NCBI GenBank assembly: GCA_964467385.1
Contig: CAYXQC010000001.1
Coordinates: 7,896-71,895 of the forward strand
Source of the DNA: an uncultured Candidatus Saccharibacteria bacterium
GTDB lineage: Bacteria; Patescibacteriota; Minisyncoccia; Phycocordibacterales; CAIZLB01
Direction of reading: 5' to 3'
DNA: 64,000 bases
In this document: piece after piece, positions 38,783-47,629 of the stretch
How positions within the stretch are numbered: the first letter of the stretch is position 1
Layout of the letters: the number at the start of each line of letters is the position of its first letter
Program-made: the position numbers and the translations under genes
Notes under the pieces: generated by a model
What the model was told of the DNA's origin: nothing
The model's input: the letters and a program-made list of their open reading frames with translations, nothing else
Databases searched by the model: none

Positions 38783-39715
38783 ATGAAAACACTTAGACAA
38801 TACATTCTAGAAGCTAGAGAGAAAAGAATAGCAATCGGACATTTTAATATTTCAAATACAGAAGCCTTGAACGGTATTGTTAAAGCGGCCAAAAAACTAA
38901 ATGTGCCCGTAGTTATTGGTGTATCAGAAGGTGAGCGAGATTTTATTGGTGTTCAACAAGTATCGGCACTTGTGCGATCGCTTCGCGAAAAATTGAATCA
39001 CCCGATCTTCCTAAATGCAGATCATACGTATTCTTTTGAACGAGTAAAAGAGGCTGTTGAAGCTGGTTTCGATATGGTAATCACGGATCATGCTGACGCA
39101 AAAAATCTAGAAGAAAATATCGCATTTACGCGCCAAGCCGTTCAGTATGTTCATGAAGTAAATGAGAAGAGAAAAAATGGCGCAGAATCTTCATATGAAA
39201 AGTTTAGTAATGATGTGCTTGTTGAAGCAGAACTCGGGTATATCGGCAAATCTTCGAAAGTTCTTGATGGTGTACCAAACGAAATTAAACTTGATGAAAA
39301 TGGGAACGTGGACGTGTCGTGCCTGCCAACCGCTGAAGAGGCATCTCGATTTGTACGAGAAAGTGGGGTCGATATGTTGGCTCCAGCGGTTGGAAATATT
39401 CACGGTATTGTAAAAAATGCTCAGCCAAAACTAAACATAGAGCGAATCGCAGAAATTGCTGCGAGTACTGATGCTCCACTTGTACTTCACGGTGCATCTG
39501 GAATAGGAAATGATGAATTAGCGGCGGCAGTTGAGGCTGGAATTTCGATGGTTCATTATAATACCGAGCTTCGTATTGCATACAAAGATGCCGTCGCTCA
39601 ATCGCTTGCTGAAATGCCAAACGAAGTTGCTCCATATAAGTTTTTGGCCAAATCAGTAGATGCTGTTGCTGCCGTAGTAGAAGAGAAACTCAAGATTATG
39701 AACAGGATGGTCTAG
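38783..39715 (+). CDS. fba: Class II fructose-bisphosphate aldolase
   Basis: IAIGHFNISN N-terminus, HGASG, and metal-binding His blocks of FbaA/KbaY. Confidence 0.8.
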   Translation: MKTLRQYILEAREKRIAIGHFNISNTEALNGIVKAAKKLNVPVVIGVSEGERDFIGVQQVSALVRSLREKLNHPIFLNADHTYSFERVKEAVEAGFDMVITDHADAKNLEENIAFTRQAVQYVHEVNEKRKNGAESSYEKFSNDVLVEAELGYIGKSSKVLDGVPNEIKLDENGNVDVSCLPTAEEASRFVRESGVDMLAPAVGNIHGIVKNAQPKLNIERIAEIAASTDAPLVLHGASGIGNDELAAAVEAGISMVHYNTELRIAYKDAVAQSLAEMPNEVAPYKFLAKSVDAVAAVVEEKLKIMNRMV

Positions 39716-39735
39716 TAGGCTATACTTATATCTGT

Positions 39736-40554
39736 ATGAATAGCTTCTGGCAAAAAAAGAGGCAAGCAATGGGTCAAACTTTGGTACTTAGTCTATCTTT
39801 GGCAAAGACCAATTTCAAGCTCAGAAATGAAGGGAGCTATCTCGGTTTTATTTGGTATATCCTTAGCCCTCTGGCCTTATTTTTCATAATCTTATTTGTA
39901 AAAAATCAAGCTTTCAACGGGTCACTTTCGCCAAGTGTCTTACGAGGTACTATGGCTAATTTAACGAATTATTACCCAGTATATCTACTTGTTGGCTTGT
40001 TACTTTTCAATCTTTTTGCGCAGACTGTAAGTGTTTCGATGGATGTGATTCGCTCGAATGCAAATTTTGTAAAGTCTATAAAGATTCCACTTGAATCACT
40101 TGTACTTGCAAAAGTTTTTCAGTTTTTATTTTCACATATATTTGAAATTTTATTGCTGGTTGTCTGTTTAATGTATCTGGGCATTTCTCTGGTGGGTCTG
40201 TTACCGTATCTAGTAGTACTCATCTTATTTTTGTTTTTTGTAGCAGGAATATGTTTCTTGTTTTCGACCTTGGGTGTTTTTGTGAATGATCTAAACAACG
40301 TTTGGTTAGCAGTATCACAACTTCTATTTTTTATAACACCAATTTTTTATATACCAGTTGAGGGAACTTTATTGTACAAAATCAATATGTATAATCCATT
40401 ATTTTATTTTATGCAGTCAGCTAGAGGGGTGCTGCTTGGTGTTGATGTTTCAAATTTTATTTGGATGATCGCTACACTTATTTCACTTGTAACATTTAGT
40501 GTAGGATTTCTAATATTCAGAAAATTTAAACCTAGATTTGCTGAATTTGTTTAA
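39736..40554 (+). CDS. ABC-2 type polysaccharide exporter permease (Wzm/TagG-like)
   Basis: 6-TM topology, 272 aa, sits immediately upstream of its ATPase. Confidence 0.65.
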   Translation: MNSFWQKKRQAMGQTLVLSLSLAKTNFKLRNEGSYLGFIWYILSPLALFFIILFVKNQAFNGSLSPSVLRGTMANLTNYYPVYLLVGLLLFNLFAQTVSVSMDVIRSNANFVKSIKIPLESLVLAKVFQFLFSHIFEILLLVVCLMYLGISLVGLLPYLVVLILFLFFVAGICFLFSTLGVFVNDLNNVWLAVSQLLFFITPIFYIPVEGTLLYKINMYNPLFYFMQSARGVLLGVDVSNFIWMIATLISLVTFSVGFLIFRKFKPRFAEFV

Positions 40555-40557
40555 TAT

Positions 40558-41292
40558 ATGAAAAAGATAATAGTAAAATCAGTTACAAAAAGTTTTAATC
40601 TAGGTCATAAACGCGGTGACGGGGTTTTGGCGCGACTTGTTGATTTTGTTTCTGGAAAAGAACGTACATGTATCAAAACAGCTGTACAGGATGTAAGTTT
40701 TGAAGTCGAACAAGGAGAAGTTGTGGCTATTATCGGAAAAAATGGTTCTGGGAAAAGCACCCTTATGCGATTGATTGCTGGTATCTATACTATCGACCAA
40801 GGAGAAATATGTGCTGAAAATGTACTCTATATAAATGGCTTTAATCATGGTATAAAACCTCGACTCTCGATGCGTGAAAATGTGTATACTATTGCAACTA
40901 TTATGGGTCTAACCAAAAGACAAATCGAGAGTGTCTTTGCGCAACTTATTGATTTCTCGGGTCTGGCTGAATTTCTCGATACAAAAGTTTATCAATTTTC
41001 AACTGGTATGATTCTGCGTCTTAATTTCTCCATTTTTATCTTTTGTATTCAGTTTAAAAAAGCTGAGATACTACTCCTTGATGAGATTTTTGGAGCAGGA
41101 GGAGATGTCGATTTTAGAAATAAAGCAGATGAAAAAATGAAGGAGTTGATACGAAGTGGAGTAACGGTTATCTTAGTTAGCCATAATCTGGCTGATCTAA
41201 AACGTCATGCTAAACGGGCTATATGGATGGATAGTGGTTCAATAAAAATGGACGGGGAAATGGATAGGGTCCTTGAAGCGTATAAGGGGTAG
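40558..41292 (+). CDS. ABC transporter ATP-binding protein (Wzt/TagH-like)
   Basis: Walker [10 protein letters not shown], signature LSTGM, Walker B LLLDE. Confidence 0.8.
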   Translation: MKKIIVKSVTKSFNLGHKRGDGVLARLVDFVSGKERTCIKTAVQDVSFEVEQGEVVAIIGKNGSGKSTLMRLIAGIYTIDQGEICAENVLYINGFNHGIKPRLSMRENVYTIATIMGLTKRQIESVFAQLIDFSGLAEFLDTKVYQFSTGMILRLNFSIFIFCIQFKKAEILLLDEIFGAGGDVDFRNKADEKMKELIRSGVTVILVSHNLADLKRHAKRAIWMDSGSIKMDGEMDRVLEAYKG

Positions 41293-43634
41293 TGGCTATA
41301 GATGTCACTTTAAACTTACATATGGAAAACAATACTGCAAACAATTCACAAGGCCAGAAAAAGATAGGGATAGTAGTGCTCGGTATGCATCGAAGTGGTA
41401 CTTCAGTTGTTGCAGGTGCATTGTCAAAAGCTGGAGTATTTTTCGGTGACACTTTGTTACCTGCTGAGTCATATAATTCAAAAGGTTTTTTTGAGGATGT
41501 TGATATTCTTGCCACAAATGAGGAAATCTTAAAGACTTTAAGTTCGAGTTTCAAAGACCTGAATCCATTACCAGAAGATTGGTACAAGTTTCTTTCTCTG
41601 CTCCCACTTAAAGATAGATTGAAAGATTTGATTCAGGATAAATTTAAAAATGCTGCCATTTTTGGTTTTAAAGATCCTCGGGTCTCTATTTTGTTGCCGA
41701 TGTATCTTGAAATATTTAAAGAGCTTGATTTAGATATACGTTTTGTGGTCTGTGAAAGATCGACAGCGGAGATAATTGCCTCATTGCAAGAAAGGATTGG
41801 ATATTCAGACGAAGAATCCCTTCTACTCTATCAGAAATATAAGACGGCGATAGAAGATGGAATCAAAGGGCAAAACTACACTAGGGTATATATGAGTGAC
41901 TTTGTAGATAATCCACTTAGATCTATTAAAAATATTTTCTTGGTATTGGATATACCTATTCATATCACTGAAGATCAAGCTCTATCTATTACTGATTTTG
42001 TTGATAAAAAATTAAAACATCACTCGGTTTCATTTGAGACTTCTATTTCTGTTTTACATGATTTAAAAAGAAATTTACATGAGGCTAATTTACAAAAGAA
42101 TAAACTAGAAGAACATGTATCAAGAGTGGATAAGGAGATGGAAATTTATATAGAAAGTCAAAAATACCTCGAGTCACACATCGCTAGACTCAAGAATACT
42201 TTGAGTCACAGGAACAATAGAATAAGTTTTTTGGAGGATGAAAGGCAAAATTTTCTGTACAGAGAAGCTGTGGGACAGGGAAATAAGGATATTGTGCATC
42301 AAGACCTGCACGATAGACTTGATGCGATCGAGAGAAGTCTAAGTTGGCGAGTTGTGCGAATTTTTCAAAAAGCACTTGATACTTTGATTCCGGCCAAGAG
42401 TGCACTGCGGCCATTTTATGTGAGATTACTTAGGACATGGCAGAAAAAACCTAAAGTCTTTACAAACACTGAAGTGATTAAGCCTATAGTCAAGGAAACC
42501 GAAGATCTGGTCTCTGATTGTATAGATGTGTTGTTTATCAATCACGAAGAATCAAGGACTGGTGCACCAAGAATTATTTTTGAAATTTCAAAAGCAGCAA
42601 TTGACAAGTATTCGATTGCGGTTATTTCCAAAATGAAAGGTGGTATGACTGGGGAATTCCACAGTACGTTTAAAAACAAAGTCTTCTATCCTCATGAAAT
42701 GTTTGAGACAAGAGATAGGCATGAGTTGGCTCGTATAATGCTTGAAAAATTGAAACCAAAACTTGTGTATGTAAATTCGATTGTGAGTTATGAATATGCA
42801 CTGGAGGCAAAACAGCTTGGCATACCTGTCATTTTTCATATACATGAAATGGCGAGCGCTTTTGAGATTGCTGTACACAAGGAGTCTCACGAAGTATTTG
42901 CTTCCCTGGCAGATGTATTTATCGCTGTTTCTGAATCTACTAAGCGAGATTTGGTGAAAATCATGAAAGTCCCAGACAAAAAGATACGACTGATACATGA
43001 ATTTATCGACAGTCAAAATGTGCTAAAACTTGCAAAAGCTCAGGCTGAAAATGTAGTTGAAGATATGTTGGGAATAGAATCAGACGATATTCTTATTGTA
43101 TCAATGGGTACTTTTGATAAACGAAAGGGTGGTGATTATTTCTTAAAAATATCAGAAGAAATTACGAAGTTTAATCAAAAAAATAATACAAAAGTTAAAA
43201 TGCTCTGGATCGGGCGCCGACCGCGGTCACATGATCTTTTGTCGAGTATGTTCAAAGACTATTCGAACCATTTTATACATGTCGACGAGACGGAAAATCC
43301 ATTCCCATTTCTCAAACGCGCACATGTGTTTTTCTTGGCGTCACGAGAGGATCCTTTTCCATTGGTTGTGCTCGAATCTATGGCGCTCGGTAAACCGGTC
43401 GTAACCTTTAAAAAGTCAGGGGGCGCTGTTGAAGCAGGGAAATCGGTGTTCGGTATTGATGAATTTAATATTAACACTGCTAGCCAAGTATTATATGATT
43501 TAGCTCTAGATAAATCTGAACAAAATAGGCGAGGTGGAATGGCACAGGAAGAACAAAAATCTTTTGAGAAAACTTCTATTTTATCTAAGATTTTCGAGGA
43601 AATTAATGGATTGCTTGAAACTGTAAATCATTAA
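41292..43634 (+). CDS. Three-module protein: N-terminal sulfotransferase-family domain, central coiled coil, C-terminal GT4 glycosyltransferase
   Basis: VVLGMHRSGTSVV (PAPS 5'-PSB-like) and FKDPRVS (3'-PB-like). Heptad-rich region of roughly aa 240-330. C-terminal RGGDYFL...EDPFPLVVLESMALGKPVV (GT4). An alternative ATG start lies at 41322. Confidence 0.6.
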   Translation: MAIDVTLNLHMENNTANNSQGQKKIGIVVLGMHRSGTSVVAGALSKAGVFFGDTLLPAESYNSKGFFEDVDILATNEEILKTLSSSFKDLNPLPEDWYKFLSLLPLKDRLKDLIQDKFKNAAIFGFKDPRVSILLPMYLEIFKELDLDIRFVVCERSTAEIIASLQERIGYSDEESLLLYQKYKTAIEDGIKGQNYTRVYMSDFVDNPLRSIKNIFLVLDIPIHITEDQALSITDFVDKKLKHHSVSFETSISVLHDLKRNLHEANLQKNKLEEHVSRVDKEMEIYIESQKYLESHIARLKNTLSHRNNRISFLEDERQNFLYREAVGQGNKDIVHQDLHDRLDAIERSLSWRVVRIFQKALDTLIPAKSALRPFYVRLLRTWQKKPKVFTNTEVIKPIVKETEDLVSDCIDVLFINHEESRTGAPRIIFEISKAAIDKYSIAVISKMKGGMTGEFHSTFKNKVFYPHEMFETRDRHELARIMLEKLKPKLVYVNSIVSYEYALEAKQLGIPVIFHIHEMASAFEIAVHKESHEVFASLADVFIAVSESTKRDLVKIMKVPDKKIRLIHEFIDSQNVLKLAKAQAENVVEDMLGIESDDILIVSMGTFDKRKGGDYFLKISEEITKFNQKNNTKVKMLWIGRRPRSHDLLSSMFKDYSNHFIHVDETENPFPFLKRAHVFFLASREDPFPLVVLESMALGKPVVTFKKSGGAVEAGKSVFGIDEFNINTASQVLYDLALDKSEQNRRGGMAQEEQKSFEKTSILSKIFEEINGLLETVNH

Positions 43635-43647
43635 AATTATCAAAACT

Positions 43648-44439
43648 ATGCACGAACAATGCTCGCCAATTTTCATAATAGGATCAGCTCGTACAGGAAC
43701 GAGTGCGCTGGTTCATGCACTCAAAAATGGTGCTGATATTGCGGGCTACAATGAGGGTCACTATTTGACGATGATGCATGCACTTATAAAAACAGCTGTT
43801 GATCATGTAGTCATGCAAAAAAACAAAAATAAAAGTGGTCTCGTCATGATGTCGCATATCACAGCTGATCATGTTGTCCAAGATATTATGGAGATGATGA
43901 AAAAAAGAATGGAGGCAACATTTTCAGGAAAAATAGTATGGCTCGATAAAACACCCGATGGTCCGATGCTCCGTCTCATTCCTTACTTGATCCTGATGTG
44001 GCCGAATGCGCGATTCATCTATACAAAACGAAGGGCCATGGAAAATGTCGTATCACGGTTGAAAAAATTCAAACATTTAGATTTTAAACAAAACTGCGAG
44101 CGCTGGGTGATGTCTATGGATTTATGGCAAAAAATGAAACATCATATTCCTGAAAATCAGAGAATTGAAATTGATCAATATGATATGAGCCTAAAGCCTG
44201 GATTTGTTGCAGAGCGGTTAGGTACATTTCTCGGACTTGGTAAAAAAGAGGTGAGAGGTATAGCTGAAACTTTAGGAGGCACACGAGTAGAGTTTACAGG
44301 CGGAGACGAAGAACACCCGAAAGGTTTACATGAACTTGGTTGGACTAGTGAACAAATTGATATATATAATGCACTCTGTAAAGACCTCAATCGTGCATAT
44401 GGATACTCTGAGGATTCGTCGTATTACTTGTCGGCGTAA
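43648..44439 (+). CDS. Sulfotransferase-family protein (Sulfotransfer_3-like)
   Basis: IFIIGSARTGTSAL N-terminal P-loop and YTKRRAMENVVS 3'-PB-like motif. Confidence 0.55.
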   Translation: MHEQCSPIFIIGSARTGTSALVHALKNGADIAGYNEGHYLTMMHALIKTAVDHVVMQKNKNKSGLVMMSHITADHVVQDIMEMMKKRMEATFSGKIVWLDKTPDGPMLRLIPYLILMWPNARFIYTKRRAMENVVSRLKKFKHLDFKQNCERWVMSMDLWQKMKHHIPENQRIEIDQYDMSLKPGFVAERLGTFLGLGKKEVRGIAETLGGTRVEFTGGDEEHPKGLHELGWTSEQIDIYNALCKDLNRAYGYSEDSSYYLSA

Positions 44440-44459
44440 TATTTAGGTACAAAGTTTCG

Positions 44460-45659
44460 TTATTTTCGATTTAAGATTTGATTTATAGTAGCTTTGATTT
44501 TTTCAATAAAAATAGCTGTATCAAATTTTTTGGCTTGGTTGATACACTTTGCCGCATATTTTTTAGGATCCAGAGCGAGTTGTTCATTGATTTCATGAAC
44601 ACTAGTAAGTAATTTTTGAGAGTTGATTTCTTCTATCAATATTCCGGTTTCTCCATGGATGATTGTCTCTTTGTATCCTCCATCTGCCGGGGCGATAACT
44701 GGTTTACCGGAAGCCATTGCTTCAATCGCTGTCATTCCAAAATCCTCCGCCTTTGATGTGGTGATAAAACCTTTGCAATTTGCATATAGGTTGCGGAGTT
44801 TAGTATCAGGTACCCAATTTAATATTCGGACATTTTTAGTTGCACTTTTTTCGATCCGGTCTTTGTAAGTTTCAAAATGCTTTGAATCTTTCTCATAACT
44901 TCCAACAATAATTAAATTCTCAGAAGGAATATCCTTAAAAGCGTCGGTCTGCATTTCTATTCTTTTGTGACTTACTAGTCTGTTTACAGAAAGCCAATAA
45001 TCTTTCGATGTATCCTGTGCGCCTGACACCTCTATGGTGGCAAAATCTTCAATGTTCAAATTCGTCCCGTATTTATTAGTATAAATAGGCGGATTAATAA
45101 CAATCGATTCTTTCTTATAATAAAGGGAAATTCGTTCTCTAGTATTTAGAGAGTTTGCAATAAAAGTATCTACATGTTCAGCATATTTTAGTGTCAGTTT
45201 TCTATTGAACCATACCCATAAATCATAGATTGGACGTTTCCATGGAGATATCATTGTGCTTCGTATCTGGTCTTTGAATGCCCATAGTTCGTGTAAAGGA
45301 GAGTGAACGTACCAGAGATTTGGACTATTGTGATTTGCACCAGACATTGCCCAGTCGCCAGAAATTATAAAGAAATCGTATGCATGTCTTACATTATACA
45401 AGTCGCGGATTTTTTGTTTGTGTAAATTGAGTCGACCAAATCTGTAAAATGCCGTTTGTTGACGGAATGGAGCATTAAGGGGAATTTTACCAATTGATTT
45501 GATTCGTGGAAGAACATCTGTAAAGCCCATTTCACGGATATGTTCAGGATTAATATTTGTGGTATAGATGTCGGCATGAAGTTCGCGGGCCAAAGTTAAG
45601 GTGACAATTTCTGCACCACCGATGTTATCCATGAAGTTGTGAAAAATTGCGATGTTCAT
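44460..45659 (-). CDS. GT4 glycosyltransferase
   Basis: EDFGMTAIEAMASGKPVI EX7E motif. Confidence 0.7.
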   Translation of the reverse strand: MNIAIFHNFMDNIGGAEIVTLTLARELHADIYTTNINPEHIREMGFTDVLPRIKSIGKIPLNAPFRQQTAFYRFGRLNLHKQKIRDLYNVRHAYDFFIISGDWAMSGANHNSPNLWYVHSPLHELWAFKDQIRSTMISPWKRPIYDLWVWFNRKLTLKYAEHVDTFIANSLNTRERISLYYKKESIVINPPIYTNKYGTNLNIEDFATIEVSGAQDTSKDYWLSVNRLVSHKRIEMQTDAFKDIPSENLIIVGSYEKDSKHFETYKDRIEKSATKNVRILNWVPDTKLRNLYANCKGFITTSKAEDFGMTAIEAMASGKPVIAPADGGYKETIIHGETGILIEEINSQKLLTSVHEINEQLALDPKKYAAKCINQAKKFDTAIFIEKIKATINQILNRK

Positions 45660-45677
45660 CTATTATTTATCTTTTCT

Positions 45678-46856
45678 TTATTTTTCTTTTATACCTAATA
45701 TACTAAACATGAACGCTCCAAAAAAAGTTTGAATACCAATTGTTATAAAGGTCAATGCGGCAATTGAATTTTTAATTTCATCGAGTGATCCAAATCCTGA
45801 ACGAACCCATTTTACGAAAATGAACATGTAAATTGCGACACCGACCAGTGACAGTGTGATACCAGCAAAACCGGCTTTTTCAATCGTAATCTTTCTATAC
45901 AAAGGCTCCAGAAATGAATCTTTGTCGCCGAGGTGAGTAACGGCATATGTTCTTGCGAATCCTGCAAACAATATAAGCTGATAACCTGTCATTATTAATA
46001 ATGAAGAAACGAAAAGTGGGTGCACATAGAATTGCAAGCCGAATATTTGTGGATTTCCAAAATAAAGCCCTAGAAATGAAATTGTACCTAGTAAAAACAT
46101 TAGTGCACCTGGGGCTAGAAAGAGTATGAGGGGCGAATAAAGCAGAATAAATCGCACATGTCTCCAGCCGTCTGAAAATGAACGTAACTTTGAATCGCCG
46201 ATCCGTGGTCGATACTCGATAGGAATTTCTATGACCTTCTTGTGCCGTTTCGCTGTTTTGATGAGCATCTCAGATGCAAACTCCATTCCACCAGTATGAA
46301 GATCTAGTGACGAAAAAGTCTCACGGGTGATTGAACGCATTCCGCAATGAACGTCGTGGACTTTAACATTGAAAAAAATCCTAACTAGAAAAGAGAGAAG
46401 TGGATTTCCGATATGAAGATGAAGCCAGGGCATTGATGTGAGCAAATCGCTTTTACCTGCAAATCTATTTCCGATTACCATGTCCGCCTGACCCTCATGG
46501 AGCGGCTGAATAAATTTCGCCAAGTCACCAAGATTGTAGGTGTTATCAGCATCGGCCATAAAAATGTACTTTCCGTGAGCGTGCTTGAATCCTTCGAGGT
46601 ATGCCGAACCATAACCTTGATCCTCGGCATATATATAGTGGATAGATGGATTTTGTGTAGCGTATCTCTTGATAATAGAGGCACTCTTGTCTCTTGAATT
46701 ATTGTCTACCACCAGGGTTTCAGTCTTTAGTCCTAAGCTCTTTTCGAGACTTAGAATGGCTCGACCTATCTCTTCAAGACAGTGGGGTAAGGCAAGCTCT
46801 TCGTTCAGGCAAGGTAATATGACGGTTACATCTGGCATTTGGTCAAATAATACCAT
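45678..46856 (-). CDS. Polyprenyl-phosphate glycosyltransferase (GT2, GtrB/ArnC/Dpm1-like) with C-terminal TM helices
   Basis: VTVILPCLNEE...VVDNNSRDKS, ADADNT DxD-like, and 4 C-terminal TM helices. Confidence 0.65.
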   Translation of the reverse strand: MVLFDQMPDVTVILPCLNEELALPHCLEEIGRAILSLEKSLGLKTETLVVDNNSRDKSASIIKRYATQNPSIHYIYAEDQGYGSAYLEGFKHAHGKYIFMADADNTYNLGDLAKFIQPLHEGQADMVIGNRFAGKSDLLTSMPWLHLHIGNPLLSFLVRIFFNVKVHDVHCGMRSITRETFSSLDLHTGGMEFASEMLIKTAKRHKKVIEIPIEYRPRIGDSKLRSFSDGWRHVRFILLYSPLILFLAPGALMFLLGTISFLGLYFGNPQIFGLQFYVHPLFVSSLLIMTGYQLILFAGFARTYAVTHLGDKDSFLEPLYRKITIEKAGFAGITLSLVGVAIYMFIFVKWVRSGFGSLDEIKNSIAALTFITIGIQTFFGAFMFSILGIKEK

Positions 46857-46895
46857 GGTTGCCTTTTTAAGAAATATATATATAATCAGGAGACC

Positions 46896-47528
46896 ATGAA
46901 ATTAGCTATACAAAAACGAACAGAAGATGCATCTGTTGTACGATCTACCGGCTCTATCCCGGGCGTATTTTACGGTCCAAAAGTTGCATCTACTCCTATA
47001 TCAGTAAACGGTGGTGAATTTATGAAAGTTTGGAAACAGGCAGGTGAATCTAGTGTTGTTACACTTACTGGTGTTGATGAAGATCACGATGCTCTTATCC
47101 ATGATATCTCAAAAGACCCTGTATCAGACGTTGTGACACATGTTGATTTCTACGTAATTGAAAAGGGTAAGAAAGTAGAAGTTGCCGTACCTCTCGAATT
47201 TACCGGTGAATCAGTTGCTGTTAAAACTCTTGGAGGTTCACTTATCAAGGTTATCCATGAACTCGAAATTGAGGCCCTTCCAAAGGATCTTCCACACTCT
47301 ATTGAAGTTGATATTTCATCACTTGTTGATTTCGAAGCTCAAATCAAAGTTGCTGATATCAAACTTCCAGTTGGTGTGATAGCTCGAATCGATGCTGATG
47401 AAGTCGTCGCTCTTGTTTCAGCTCCAAAAGAAGAAGTTGAAGAAGAGTCAGGTCCTATCGATATGGCATCTATCGGAATCTCTGAAGAGCGAGGTAAGAA
47501 AGAGGAAGAGGAAATTCCTGCAGAATAA
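46896..47528 (+). CDS. rplY: 50S ribosomal protein L25/general stress protein Ctc
   Basis: Ctc-form bL25 blocks (GSIPGVFYG) and an acidic C-terminal tail. Confidence 0.75.
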   Translation: MKLAIQKRTEDASVVRSTGSIPGVFYGPKVASTPISVNGGEFMKVWKQAGESSVVTLTGVDEDHDALIHDISKDPVSDVVTHVDFYVIEKGKKVEVAVPLEFTGESVAVKTLGGSLIKVIHELEIEALPKDLPHSIEVDISSLVDFEAQIKVADIKLPVGVIARIDADEVVALVSAPKEEVEEESGPIDMASIGISEERGKKEEEEIPAE

Positions 47529-47590
47529 CTTCAAGATTCATTCATCAAAATCTAGCCCCACTTTAAGGCTAAAAATAAAGTCAAAAACGA

Positions 47591-47618
47591 AGCTTCGGGA
47601 AACCGAGGTTTTGTTTTA
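47591..47618 (+). terminator. Intrinsic terminator (cttcgg-GAAA-ccgagg stem-loop plus T-tract)
   Basis: Seen in sequence downstream of rplY. Confidence 0.5.
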
Positions 47619-47629
47619 TAATAGGACTC

